A stretch of 64,000 nt of DNA from Owenia fusiformis (GCA_903813345.2 CAIIXF020000001.1:23622001-23686000); one strand, 5' to 3'. Counted from the first letter of the stretch, positions 1-14,143 are shown. Notes: a model not told the origin generated them from the sequence alone. A program made the numbers and translations.

Positions 1-296
1 TAAAAATTCGAGACACATATGCATATACATTTTTGAAAAAAAAATTAATTAAAAATACATTATACAATGTATTACTACTTTTGGCGTACTATACACATTG
101 CAAAACACATTTACAGATCTCGTTTCAACAAATTCCAACATTCATTTTCTAACCACAGATGTAAAGCTGGAAGATGAACCTAGTGTGCCATGAGAGAATG
201 ATTTTAAAGTTAGATATTCTGAGTTGATTAATTATCCAAACGATTACTAATTATTACTACATTTTAGATGTTTTGCATTCACATATATTTGGTCAT

Positions 297-1112
297 CTAA
301 CCCCCCTATCACACCAAACTAGTTCTTACCCGTTCTTGCCAGTCCTACGGAAACGTCGTAAAACGGGCTCAATCTGGCTGTAGTCGGGAAATATGTCTAA
401 AATAATTAGCTACTTCGTTCATAAGCAGTCTTCAATACGTCCATCTCATTCGCAGTTTGTTCAGGTCGCACCACGTCGGTGTGCAACGTCGTATAACGCG
501 TCCCTTAGTCTAGAAGGTCATCATGACCTGATTACAGAACGGTATGGTCGCCATCGAATTTTGAATCGATTCAAAATTCTAAATCACATTCCCTGTCGGG
601 GAAAGTCCATGAATTCGTAAACAGACCGTAGAATGTTGTAGCTACGTTCATTCAGTTCCCACACAGTCTAAAACCGATTCGGCAACGTTTTGAAGAACGC
701 AGTGACAACTGGTTCTGGTGTGATAGCTATTTTTGTTAATTCGTTCATAAGCTACAAATGGACTTGATTGGGGGTACTCACGACTGCAATTTACGCCTGA
801 CTACACAACGTCGTAATACGTCTCTAGTAGGATTGAAGTATGACACTTCCGTTCGTAGTGTGTCCCCAGTGCGTCCAGGTCGTCTTAAGTATGTTGTCAC
901 TCGTTCTGATTGAAGAACGTGACATTCACTAGAAAATTTTGAGCATGCTCTAAGTTCTGGAGGACCTACTCGTTCGAGTAGTTTCATGAAGTTTGTAAAC
1001 AGATCCCAAAGGGTTCTTAGTGGGTTCTTAGTACGTCAAATCCGTTCATGCACAGTTTAAGCCTGTTTTCGAGAACGTAGTGAGAACTAGTTTGGTGTGA
1101 TAGTAGGGTTAG
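297..1112. mobile_element. Non-autonomous TIR element with internal dimeric structure
   Basis: About 33-bp TIRs: ctaacccccctatcacaccaaactagttcttac versus gtgagaactagtttggtgtgatagtagggttag. The interior is CpG-rich, unlike the flanks. Confidence 0.8.
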
Positions 1113-1459
1113 TGAATTTCTATGGATTTTTATACTGTCAAGATAGAAGTACATGTATTAAAAATATGTAAAAACTACCCCTGTGTGTTGATTTTATATC
1201 AAATGATTGTTATATTTATTAAAAGGAGTGTTCATGGTTTGAAGTGAGTTTTAAGACTCTTCAATCTATATTTTTGCAAAAATGGACATGTATTGTCATT
1301 TTTTAACTTGATGCTTTTCATGTAAAGCTCTAATTGTTGTGTATCTGTTCAATGTAGATGTATTTTCATGTGTTTTCTTGGAGAAGGTTTTAAATGGTTG
1401 CTAATAAATATTACATGTATGTGTTTTTAATATCTGGAATATATTCCAAATATTTAATA

Positions 1460-2017
1460 CAGGGTGAGCAAAAAAAGCATGACCCAAACAAATGTTGATT
1501 CAACTCAATCATCCATCATGTCATTTGGCAAAACTCAACCAATGTTCGATGTTCTTTCATTCTACCAAGTTTCATGGGTCTCCCAATTGTCATGGTTCTA
1601 TGGCATTTTTACAAAATGTGCTCTAAATATGCTGAAACATGCCAAATTCACCAGATATGAACCCCAAGACTTGTGTCTATTTCAAAGAAATGTCTACACT
1701 AACAACCCTAGAAGCATCAGAGAGTTGAAACAAGAAGTGAGAAGGAAGATGAGAGTCATAACATAAGATATCTGCGAGCGTGTAGTCAGAATAACTTCAC
1801 CGATGCATTCGAGTTTGCCTCCAGAGATGAGACTGGCATTTTGAGCATGTCTTGTAAAATGGCCATAAATCATGACCACTTGACTAACATCAATGAAACT
1901 TAATAGAGTGAAAGAACATTGAACACATTTCAATTGTGCCAAATATGACCTTAAACCCATGCTGAATGAAGTTACATATATTAACATTTGTTTGGGTTAC
2001 CTTTTTGGCTCACCCTG
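1460..2017 (+). mobile_element. Internally deleted Tc1/mariner-superfamily transposon with transposase C-terminal remnant
   Basis: TA|CAGGGTGAGCAAAAAAAG ... CTTTTTGGCTCACCCTG|TA. Frameshifted remnant PNSPDMNP / NVYTNNPRSIRELKQEV / CLQR*DWHFEHVL* at about 1642-1857. Confidence 0.85.
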
Positions 2018-3963
2018 TACTAATCCTAAGTTGAAGAAGTTTATTCAAAAACAAAACTAAAATAAGAAAACCTTTTCGGACTCATTAAGTGATTTATCAG
2101 AACAATTTATATTGACCTCATTCCTTTTTCTTGTGGTATCAGATGTTCGTTGGTAAGGGTGTATGTCAGCATTTCAGTTTGTTGTATCATTTGACAATAT
2201 CCCATATATGGAAATGGGTTTTTATCTTCATTTGGTTATCTAAAAAGCATGTGGTTACATCATGTGCTTGACATTATATATTACTCATGAATCATATTCC
2301 AATGTAATATTTTCTTGTTTTGTATAATATTATAATATTATTATTGAATGAATTAAAGGCACTCTGTATTAAAGGCACTCTGTTTTATGTTTTTGTTCAT
2401 CTGGTCAAAAGTTTTTTTAAAATAACAGACACTTGTCTTAATTCATAATATAAGTACATTGTGTTGTAATAGTTGAAATTAAAAACATTAATGATGTTTC
2501 TCCCTTTACTCGCTAGGAATCTGATTGGTTTGGGGTAATTGAGGCAATAGGCAACTGTTTTAATTGTTGGTTTACATTTATATAAAAAGTGATATTCTAT
2601 TAATTCAAATGTTGCATGTTACAATGTTATTTGTTACTTGTTACTTATCATTCACTTTTAATTCACTTTACTAATACTTTACTTTGCTCTCCCATTATTT
2701 CCTTTTGCCTATTAACAATTGTTCTTTCATTATTTTTTATATTTCCATTGATCAATTAACAATCAACAGTGGTATTTATATTGTGCCTACAGGAAGTATG
2801 GATAAAAGTCAAAGGGAAGGTCATGAGATTGATTCCCAACAGGAAGTGTAAATGAAATCAAAGAGGAGATCATAGGATTAATTTCTATAATGGATTAAAT
2901 GTACTTCATATTGAGTAGATTAACCTGGATTAACACTTGAGATAATGCACCTGCATTCCCTTTTGAAGAAATTAGCTTTTTTAGCACACTGAATGGCTTA
3001 AATGCCCCATCCTCCTCACAGAAATTTTATTGCACAGTGTAGCATTATAAAGTAAATCTATTTAAATTCATTATAATGGAAAGAACTTGTAAAATGATTA
3101 GAAACATTTTTTTTCAAAATGTACAATGTTTTCCTCGTAATCCCTGTTTTATTTTCAGAAAAAAAGAATTGAGATTTTTGATCAAGTTGAAACTATGGGA
3201 CTCAAAGCGTGAATGAGAATTTTTTTTATAAAATTGTGACATTTTTTCTGAACATACTCCCAACTTGTCTCTATCCCTTTTCCTCCCTTCAACTATATAC
3301 TGTACAAAGTGAATAAAACTCTTTACTGTTTATTAACACCAGTAAGGTTGTTTTCTCTTCAGTGCAGTTTCTTCTACTATTGCTACACAACAGTGCTCAT
3401 TTTTGTGAAATGCTTTGTCTTGTTTTGTTCTTGTTCTTTTCTTGACATTTCAGTCTTTCTCTCAATATCAACTGTTTAATTTGAAAATTTTGTTGTTATG
3501 TATAGAATTTAAAGTATAAAGGTAACATGCATGGACAAGAACCACATGTACTTAATTCAAGTATTTTTCAGATCAACTGACCAAGGAGCTCAAATGAGCT
3601 ATTACCCCACTATTACCCCATTATTGACTTAAAGACATGGAAGCTATGATAGATGAAGACACAATTGTGAACTGATTTTTCAGATCCTAGATGCAAATGT
3701 GCAAAAGTTGACCTCAGAACCAGGAATCACTGAGTATCCAGTCCCGTATACAAACCAGAAAACCATTGGGGTTTTGTCAAGCTTGTAACTGAGCTACCTT
3801 ATAAATAGCTCACATCATATCTGAACATTTTTTCCAGTTTATATGCACCACTTAATCTGACTTTATTCCTTTACCAAAGATCTGTCATGAAGATAGTATT
3901 CCATTATATACAAACACTATTAACAATTTCATATCTCTGATTTACAAAAGCTCAATGTTTTAG

Positions 3964-6900
3964 CGTTCCCGTAAAACTATGGCTGAGCCATCCTCATATG
4001 TTATATTGACTGTTGGACAAGAAGAGAAAGTCAAGACACCTATAATGGCCGACACGAATAATCCACGTTATGAGAAGTTCTACCAGTTCCTTGTAAAGAA
4101 CCCCCAAGTACAAGATGTTGATATTGAAGTAAGTTTTTTTGTTTATGATTATATAGTAACTTCAGTCGACTTGTTAATTGTAGTTATTGTATGATACATT
4201 CATATTCTATGTATAGTACAGTCTTAACATTCCTGTCACATCTCTTAAACCCTTTGACTTTCTCTAATATGTTCAGTGTGTAAAGAGTAGGTTTTTCTGT
4301 TCACCTTTTCAGAATACACCATGATAAGTATGTACAAATGTTTCATGAAAATATAGATGGCATCAAATATAATAGAATAAAATACACAGTACACATCTAC
4401 CATTTTTATAAATATCATAATTTTAAAGATTAGGGACAAGAAGGGAGGAGACAAGAAGATTGGAAGTCTACTTGTGCCCATGAAACAGTTGTTGTCAGCC
4501 CCAGGATTGACCTTAGAACAGCCATTCAGACTACAGAACTCTGGACCCCAGAGTACTATCAACCTGAAATTAGCTTTAAAGGTAAGATTTAACATGGAGA
4601 AACCTCAAGTAAAGATTTAACATGGAGAAATCTCAAGTAAAGATTAACATGGAGAAATCTCAAGTAGTCAAAATTAATTTTTGTATGGATTGTGAATATG
4701 CCATGTACGGAAGGTAAACTATGGTCTTCAAGAGATCTGTTCAACAAAGGTCTGGCATCACATTTAAGTTTGAGGGAGTTTTAGTTTGGAACAAAGATAG
4801 TATGATTGGACTATTTAATACCTTATTTATATCCAAGTTGAGGGTATATCAGCATAGATCATATACATCATATTTAGTTTCAGATACATGCTCCATGCTA
4901 CTTTAAGTTCTGGAAAACCTTGAGTTTTAAAAAAGTGTTCTGCTGAACAGGTTCTACTGTATGTTTCTACTTCAAAATTTAAAGAAGGTAGAATGTAGAT
5001 TGGGATGACTTTTGAACTGTTACATAATACAAGCCGATGTTTAAAAATACTTTACATGTTTTTGTGTCTTCCAGATTCTTAGCCAGAATCCCCAAGTTCT
5101 CCCACCAGATGAGGGGACAGATGTTGACAGTGGAATCAACATTCCTACTGCCTCAGATAATAGTCCAGCTTCAACCCCTGTTGACCAACCTGAATCCCCT
5201 TCTGACCCTAAACCTACCCCAAGTTCACCAGAACCCCGTCCACTGCCACCTACAACACTTAACAATGAGGAGGAGGCAGAGGTTGAGACTTTGATCCCTG
5301 AAGCTGATATGAGCCTAGAGTCACAGGGAGGTGATCTTAGACATAGATCTGTGGGACCAGCTGTACCCGCTGGCAGGTAAGACCATAAGAAGTGTTTTTC
5401 ATTTAGAAGAAATAATTAATTAAGCGTATACTATTAAGAGTGGGAAGTTATACACCATACCAGATCAAACTCTGCTGTTTGAGTGACTGTTTTAAATATT
5501 CAAAATGCCTCATGGACTCTTACCTTAAAATACTCCGAAATTTCAAACCTTTGTGTAAATATAAAAATTGAATACTTGCTCACCTACCAATGATTTGACT
5601 TTTAGATATAATGTACAATCTTTTAAACTGTACTTTTATATTTTCAGAAAATATGTTTTTTATCGAAGCCTATTGATTGTGCAAGTTGTAGGTTGTTCTG
5701 AAATTTTGTAAATATTTGCTATATTTTAGAACTATTTTTAAAACTTTAAAAACTATAACCCAATAATGTACACAATTACTAAACAATGATTGCACAATTT
5801 CAGTCCAACAGGAGGTAGTGGCGCTGGTGTAGCAGGACTGGGGAAGATACAACTGACCATAAGATACAGCACACAGAGGTCAAGACTTGTAGTGGTCATA
5901 CATAAATGTGTGTAAGTATCGAAGTATCATCATCACTTTTCGTATACACTTCACTGATCTCCTCAGCATTAAAGCAAGTGGGTGCAGCACCACATGAGAT
6001 TTTGGAAATAGACTTGCACCCACCTGAAAATCCATTTGCACCCAGAAAAATTATAAAAAATGTGCATATTTTGACCAATTTTGGTCTGAATTGTGAAAAT
6101 GAGAATTTTGCACCCACTTGAGAAAATATCCTGTGGAGATCACTGCACTTTTTTTTGTCTTTATATTTCTTGAAAAATGCTCTGCACAGATATACTTTTA
6201 ATGTTAATATCGAGAATTGGCTTGAAATCTACATCTGCCATTTTGTCTTGTTTTATGGGATTACTTCACTTGCTCTACAGTCCAATTTACTTCAGTATTG
6301 TGCGAGTTACAAGCAGTAATTTTGCTATGATTTTGATCTTTCACCCCATTTTACACATGATCCTGTTCACCATTTTAAAATGAAGCACTATCAAAACTTT
6401 ATTTGGATGTCATTCACAGGAATCTCATACCATGTGACGATGATAACCTTGCAGACCCATATGTCAGGATAAGACTGATGCCTGATAAATCCAGCAAAAA
6501 GAAGACCGAAACCATCAAGAACCAACTTGACCCCATATTTGATGAAACGTAAGTGCTGTCATTGGAATTGTTGGCAATTGACTCCTTTAACATAAACTGT
6601 ACATCATTATTCAGTCTAAATGAGATCTTTTATCATGAAAATTATCATGGATAATAGCACATGTTTCTGGATTTATTTGATGAATATAGTATCTTTATAT
6701 TAGCAGATCATAGACTTAAATTTGTAGCTCTGCCTTTTAATATTATAAATAATGCAGATGTATTTCAACTAAATAATGGATGTATACATATATTGTATTG
6801 CACCTTTATGTCTTAATCAGATCAAACAGATTTGCCCTGTGATCAGATGCATAAATGCTTTGTGTATTAGATGACACAATATTGGACATACCAATGCTTT

Positions 6901-8245
6901 ATTTTTCTATTGATTATCTCTGTATATTTATAAGGTGTCTCGTAAGCCGATGTCGGCTGTTGGGTTTTTTAACACATGTATTTTACTTGTAATATTTTAG
7001 TTAACCTGTGACACAGAAATAAACTATTTTTAAACTATTGGATGACACGATGGTCAAATTATCAGATGGAATATCTGTCAACCCTAAAACTCTTCATTGT
7101 AACATGCAATAATTTTATGTTCTTTTTTCAGATTTGAGTTCAATGTGAACCAAGCAGAGGCAAGTCAGAGACAGCTGGACATTGCAGTGAAGAATTCTGT
7201 GGGATTATTCTCTGGGGCAAGGAAATACATGGGAACGGTACACCACTTTTGCTTCCTTGTAGTATATATATTATATAATGACTTTGAAATGAAGAATTAT
7301 GTTTTTAGTATGCAGCCAATGTGTGTGGGTCATATCCACTAGACTAGGTTGATGTAAATATTTAGTCGAGTGTAAAATTGAAGTGACTTGCAACATTGTC
7401 AAACATGAAATTCGCTATTGTTGAATATTATAGAACAAAGTCAATTCAAAGTACTTTCATAAACACATTACTTTCTCTTTAAAGATTTTTACTCAAAAGA
7501 AAACTGTGAGTATACAGGGTGTCAAAAAACAACGGCACCCCCCTCTACAGCAAAAAGTACTCAATGTTACATGGTGTGTCATAAGACTCATAAGACTCAC
7601 ACTGTGCAGTTGTTCATATGAATCTCTTTTGTTGTTATTTAAATGCTCTAGAAAGACTTGTAGATGTACAAGTGTAATTGTTATTAAGTCTCAGGTATAG
7701 AATATAATCCTTTTATTCCAATTCATTTGGAATTAATAACCCTGTAAACATTCAATTATCTGTTTAATTATGGCCAATACATGTACATTATTGTAGACCA
7801 GGGAAGATTATCTAAATTATTTTGCTTTAATTTATGTTGCCCATTGTGTTTTGTGCTGCAGGTTTTAGTGGATCTTAACCAGTTTGATCTGACCAAAGCA
7901 GTAACAGAATGGTGAGAATATGGTTATTACACACTCTGGATTTATATACTACAAAATAGTAATGGAAAGAGAAATGCTTGTCAGACATTGAACCATTTGT
8001 TTTATTTTTTAATTTATTCCATTGTACTCTATAGTTTCTTGAACAACTTCTCTAAAGAACATTTCTGAAAACAGCATTTTTAATGAAACATGAATAAATG
8101 CCAAAGCTCATTTTCAGATTGAATAAAAATACGCTTTGTCATAGAATTATATTCATTATGTTATATAGGCCTATATTTGGTCATTTTATGATTATTTCTC
8201 TCTTTATTCAGGTTTGACTTGGAAGAACCAGAAGACAAAGACTAA
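3964..8245 (+). CDS. ESYT2: Extended synaptotagmin (ESYT2/3-like), 3' part: penultimate C2 domain, Pro/acidic linker and terminal C2 domain; 5' exons lie upstream of the window
   Basis: Phase-consistent AG/GT exons: 3964-4128, 4429-4581, 5075-5376, 5804-5911, 6420-6548, 7132-7237, 7862-7911, 8212-8245 (TAA). Translation includes AEPSSYVILTVGQ..TNNPRYEKFYQFLVKNP, LTLEQPFRLQNSGPQSTINLKLALK, LGKIQLTIRYS..RLVVVIHKCVNLIPCDDDNLADPYVRIRLMPD..LDPIFDETFEF..LDIAVKN..DLTKAVTEWFDL, which I recognise as the E-Syt C-terminal C2 domains. The paralog number is only approximate. Confidence 0.93.
5952..6145. mobile_element. MITE with 5-bp TSD
   Basis: CACTT|CACTGATCTCCTCAG ... CTGTGGAGATCACTG|CACTT, with internal GTGGGTGCA / TGCACCCAC motifs. 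Confidence 0.8.
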
Positions 8246-9663
8246 AATGCTTCCATAGACTTGCCATACTACAATATGCACCTGAACAAAACATTAACAG
8301 TCAGACCAAAATACACTACCAGTAGCTTAGATTCACACAATGGCTTGCAACAAAGGGATAGAGATCTTGACTAAACATGCACATAGAATTTAATGAGTCA
8401 TTCTGGAATATGGAGTATGGAATATGAAATTTTAGTTCTCTGAATTCAATTTAGTTCAAATACTGTTGCTCAAAAACATTTGTTTCTCATAAATGGAAAT
8501 TGTCAAAAATATGCCAAATTGTTAGTTAGAAATTGTCAAATTGTTAGACTTGTACGGTATAGGACACTGTTTTTCTGTTGAATAATGTTCAATGAGCCTG
8601 AAAAACAATAACAATATGGAGTATGACAAATCTGTTTGATATGGTGGTCTATAAAAGTGTATATAACATAACACTGTATCTAATATACTCTTAGATATCA
8701 TATTCATGTAATATTTCTACATAAAGTCTAATGAATGTATGGTATATGTTTTATATTTGAAGTTTTGAATTTTAGCCATGGTTTTAATTTATGTACTTTC
8801 AATTCACATATGTTACAATGAACTTATTGTCAGTATGAAATCCTATTTTAGTTACCCACTACCCTTTTTCTCATATGATAATTCACTAGATATACTTGAG
8901 TATAAGCACACGTTCAGAATTTAACCCCATGCCAAGTTTGATTTGGTCAGCTTATTTTTCAGCATGTATAGAAAAAACAGATTGGATTTATAATTCAAAA
9001 TAATTCATAATAGCAACTTGTTCATAATACAGTTTTGACCAGTAGAACTATAAGTTCATCCTAATGATACCCCCATCCCATAGAAACTTACTTTTAAGGT
9101 GATATTTTAGAAGTGCCTATTATATATTTTCAATTATTCAGCATATGTGATGGTCCAATTCTTGCTATTAATTATAACAAGATAATCTTGTGGATGATTT
9201 TAAACTTAAATGTAAATTATTAAGCTTATTACTAAATATTATTCCTTACGATATTTGGAACATATAGATATACAGTATAGGTGTTGGGTTATATATTTTG
9301 TACGATTATAGTTATATTTGAAATTAACTATTTAATCCCAACATGTATTTATAAATACATTATTTGTCATTTCACCATTCATCAAAACTGTTTCCATTTA
9401 CATGTGTAAAAAGCTTTTTGTATATATAATATGTAGTATGTTATTTTACAATGTTCCGCATTTTGTATTTTGTATACTTGTACATAGAGGTGCTAGGTTT
9501 CCATTTAGATTTCGTAATATGAATATTAAACACATGTATCCAAGATTGAAAAAGTCGAAACAGAACTCAAACCATTGAAATCATATTTGAAAACAGAATT
9601 ACTTATTTTTGGAGAAATTTTAGAAATGCTCAAAAATGCTCATGATTGCTTTTGTTTATTTAA

Positions 9664-9795
9664 AGAATAAATAATGATAGACCATTCAATGGTGAAATTC
9701 AGCATTAGTTGAACAGAATGTCCTAGAAAGCACTGACATTCTGTCCAACGAGTGTAGAATTTAATCATATTGAATATTGAATCATTATTTATTCT
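9664..9795. repeat. Imperfect palindrome of about 130 bp (small foldback element)
   Basis: gaataaataatgat..attcaat..gaaattc..gttgaacagaatgtc versus gacattctgtccaac..gaatttaat..attgaat..atcattattttattc. Confidence 0.65.
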
Positions 9796-11246
9796 GATTC
9801 AAACATAAAAAATGAAAACAATGTTCAGAAAATTGGGGAACTATGCTCGATGAAATAACCAAACTTTCCTTTCCCAGGTGTGACATCACAGTACAACACT
9901 ATACAATGATTCACGGATGATTAAATAGATTCACAGTCATTCATGTATGGAAAATTAGAGCACAGCTATGCTGCATCCTGATTGGTTAAGAAACTCATGA
10001 GAGAATGGTCATGTCTGATTTCAGAATAATTAAGAAATTGACATCTTTGATACATGTCTTTAACTTGCTTGCTCATCTACTAATAATACTTGTGATTACT
10101 GATTATTGATACAAGATTTGATTCTTAAATTCAGTTCAGTTTAGTCTAGTTTATTTGTGCTAGCAATATGAAAAACTGTAAAGATACAGTAATCACAGCA
10201 GTTGGCACGAATTTCTGTCTTCCAGACATATGAAATGAAATGATTAATTATAAGAGGAGCCAGGCTTTATGACACACTGAGATAGCATGAATTTTTTATT
10301 TTCTATTGTAATACACTGATACATGGGAAATATTTTTTGTCTATGTTAGTAAAACAGCCTCATAAAATGATTGTGTTGTTCCTTTTTCACTGCAGACTAT
10401 TTCTTCACTCTTTTTGTGATGCCAAAGATTGCAGATATCTTTTTCTTTCTAGCTTATTTGTTTAATAATTAAAGAGTCTACAACAGATTAGCAATGCTTT
10501 GAGGTTAAATTCATCAAAACCAAAGATCTGCGTTGGTGAATTACAACTTTAATTTGAATATGTGGACTTAATAATGCGTTTGGTGTAAATTATAGTTATA
10601 GTTAAAACCTGAAATGCTGTGATTTTAAATTTTAGTCTTTGAAGTATGAGCAGGTCTACATACATGTACGCTATCTATCTCCAATGAGTAGAAAATATCT
10701 TGAGAATATATCAAAGTAGCTTTTCTATGAGTTAAGTGCAGAACATCACTAATATTAATTGCTCAGAATATATTTCCAATTGTTATGCTTTTTAAAGTAG
10801 ATGCTATTAAATATATTGTTAAGTTTTGTGTTACATTTTATATATGTGTGATATCAAGTTCATAAGAAAATGTAATTATAAATACATGTTTAATATTGCT
10901 AAATTGAAAATCTTATTTTGTAAAGTAAAAACGAAACATATCGATATTTTGGGTATGAATTGATATTTGTGGATTTGCCTTTATGATATTTAAGAAATTA
11001 GCATGAGGAGAAAATACTCATGTATTTGGTTTGAGTTTTACATAAATATTAGATATATCAGACATAAGAATTAACATATGTGAAATGTATAATTAAATAA
11101 ATATAACACATTTTCAATTGTATGATATAGGAGATGGTACTTTGGTACTTAAACATGTTTCATTTATTTCTCATAGTTTTAACCGTTGTTTATAATTTTT
11201 ACATTATATTGAACACTCTTACAACACCTCGTGAATTGTTAGATGC

Positions 11247-11300
11247 AATAAATATATGAAAATAAATAAACAAAATATTTTTGTGTTCAGTTTTTATGTC
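11247..11300 (+). terminator. Candidate polyadenylation region of ESYT (implies an approximately 3-kb 3' UTR)
   Basis: Clustered AATAAA at 11247, 11261 and 11265, followed by a GT/T-rich tract (ttttgtgttcagtttttatgt). Confidence 0.4.
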
Positions 11301-12045
11301 AGCGCCATATTGTTATAGTCTTCAACTTTTTTTGTGGACAGTTTTCAAAATTTGGTGGTCACTGTTTGGAGTTTGGTGTCTACAATTTGCTATAACTTAG
11401 AAGGTGGTCACATTTTGTCATGTAATATACCCGGTCTGTCATATAATTATACCATCAACAGGAATAAGTGTATGTTCAAAGTGACAAGTGTGATTGGTGG
11501 CAATGGCATTCAATGAATTGAGGAAAATATTTATGCTGCCATTTTGGTGTTTTGACAATGCTGGATCACACTATATCCAAATGGAATGTTTTGTACATAG
11601 CACTGGCATATTTAAGCAGAACATAATACTTATGTTTAGTAAAATAACATATCTTTTATTTCTGTCTGAATCGAATGATAATATGCATTTCAAACAAAAG
11701 CCATAAGCAAATAGGCTCTAGCTGCAAAATACAATGGATTTTCAGCAACACACAAACTGCCTTAAAGGTTTTACCCAGGGTGTCGTCAAAGGGACTAGCT
11801 CATTGGATATGTACGATGTTCAAACTGAACATTCAATAAGTTGACTCTTAGAATTTTCAACATATTCATGCAAACTTCACTTTTTACAGACAGGGTGTAA
11901 AAAACTTTTCTGAAAGTGAAAAATCAGCGATTTATACCAACAGGTTCTAATCAAGCCTTTTCTATTTTGTATCACACAGAAGTACATAATTTCACTGAAA
12001 TCAAAATGAAAATCTAACAATAATTTTTCCCCCAAGATCAAACTA

Positions 12046-13080
12046 CGAGGGTTGATCCAAAAGTTCCGAACCGTTTGCTCTAAAAATCTTAATACTTTAT
12101 GAAAATTGTTAATATTTGGCCACAACCACCCCATATATAGTAGTTTCATTTTGTGTAAGAATAAGCAACACATTTGGCCAGTAACATAGGTATCTGGTTA
12201 CCATAGTAACATGACAACATGGTATGTGGAGCAAGAGCACAACATATTGTAGAGGTTGAAAAGGTGATTCTAAAAGAGTGTTACAGGGTACCAAATCTCA
12301 AATGTGTCAGTCATGCCTGCCTATTAACCAATTATTTTTTCAATTTGTCCATATTTCATTGTTAGTTCTTGATTTAATTTTGCAAAACAGTCTCTAATAT
12401 CCCCTTATATACACTTAGTATATCTGCTGACCCTTTGATCAAACACATCTTTAAATTCACCATCACCTGTCTCAGAAAGCCATTCAAGAACAGCAAGACG
12501 GACTTCATTTAATGTTCAAAAGCATGTCTTGTCTTGTAATTTGTAAGGTCACTATAAAGATAAACGTCAGAGGAGGCAGATATAGTGAGAAGGATGCAAT
12601 GGTAAGCCAAGGCATGTGCATATTTTCATTGGCGTTTGAGTAAGTATTTAGGTATGGAATTGCGCATTGTCAAAATCAAACTGGATTTTATGCTTTAATT
12701 TGACTGCTTTTGGCGCAAGGCATTCTTGTGGTCAATGACATAACAGTTGCCAACTATAGCTTGTATTATATCAGATCACACATATAGCATTGGTCTAATG
12801 AAAGAATAATTGATTAATAGGCATGACTAGCAAATTTGAAATATATTTGGTACCCTGTATACACCCTTCAAGTGTCAACTTTTTTCCAACTCTACAATGT
12901 GTCGTTCTCTTGCTCCACATACCCTGTTGTCATGTTGCTATGGTAACCAGATACCTATGTTACTGATCAAATTAATTGTTTATTTTGACATAAAATGAAA
13001 CCACTATAAAAAGGGTGGTATATTCATAAAATATTAAGATTTTTAGAGCAAACGGTTCGGAACTTTTGGATCAACCCTCG
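12046..13080. mobile_element. Mariner-like non-autonomous element with long (about 250 bp) inverted arms
   Basis: TA|CGAGGGTTGATCCAAAAGTTCCGAACCGTTTGCTCTAAAAATCTTAATA with a perfect inverse ending at 13080|TA. Arm similarity continues to about 12296 and 12845. Confidence 0.9.
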
Positions 13081-14143
13081 TATTACTCCATTGGAACAGT
13101 GGTCTTGTCTCAACAGAGTAGATCACAGTGCAAAATGATAAAGAAAACAATATGGCTATTTGTGTTATTCTAACATAATCAAAAATATTGATAATGATTT
13201 TATCATCAATCATATACGGATTTATTCCTGTTCACAATACTCAAAATTCTTTCTCTAATAATACTTTTTTCAAAGGCTACAAAATTATTGCACTAAAATT
13301 TCTTACATCAAGACATGAACTCTAGGTACATGTACAGTACGACATATAAACATTACATACAGGCACAGATTTTTCTCAAATCAAAATTCACATCTCAACA
13401 GTAAGAACAGTCTTGTGTTTAAAATGGAACCTACTTTAAAAATGATAATTTTCACCAAGTTGCTATTGACAAACTCAACAAAGGAGAAGTGCCCATGTTA
13501 GGTTTACATTAAACTGTATACAAAGAGACTACTTCATAAAGTTTAAAACAAACAAAAAGCAGCATTTATTAGAGAGCAAAATAAATTCCATTAACAATGA
13601 AATAGATACTTGTAAGATAATAAGCACTATATATGATAGAACATATATTTTTTATCAAAATAAAATATTCTTATAATCTAGCCTATCACGAAAGATGCTA
13701 TGCGTATAAACTAAAGCTAAGGCATACAAGATAAGTTAGTACCCAACTCCTATAATTATGCAACTAGATTTACACAATATGTACTCATATATATGAGTAC
13801 ATGTACACAAGTGTACACATATAATACACAAAGGTCTACACTTCATATATGTATGTCATATGAAACTTGGGATCAACTCTTCTCACTGGACAAGAACAAT
13901 ACAAATATTTTGATTTCATAAAACTGAACTTCTATCATAATTTTATGAAAATATGCTTTTACAAAGTTTACTTCTTTGGTTAAAATTACCTTACAAAAAT
14001 AGCAACACTACTCGTATCTATTATCATATATGTTGTATACATAGTTTTTAAGTAATCTTGCTTGAATGCGTCACATAAAAAGTAGTGCTTAATAATAAAT
14101 TATTAAGTTTGTTCCATTTCTTTCATTACAAATACAACTTACT

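Noticed and set aside
159..193. Possible alternative terminal ESYT exon (DVKLEDEPSVP*)
   Set aside because: It has an acceptor-like site only, the upstream exon and phase are outside the window, and there is no supporting homology.
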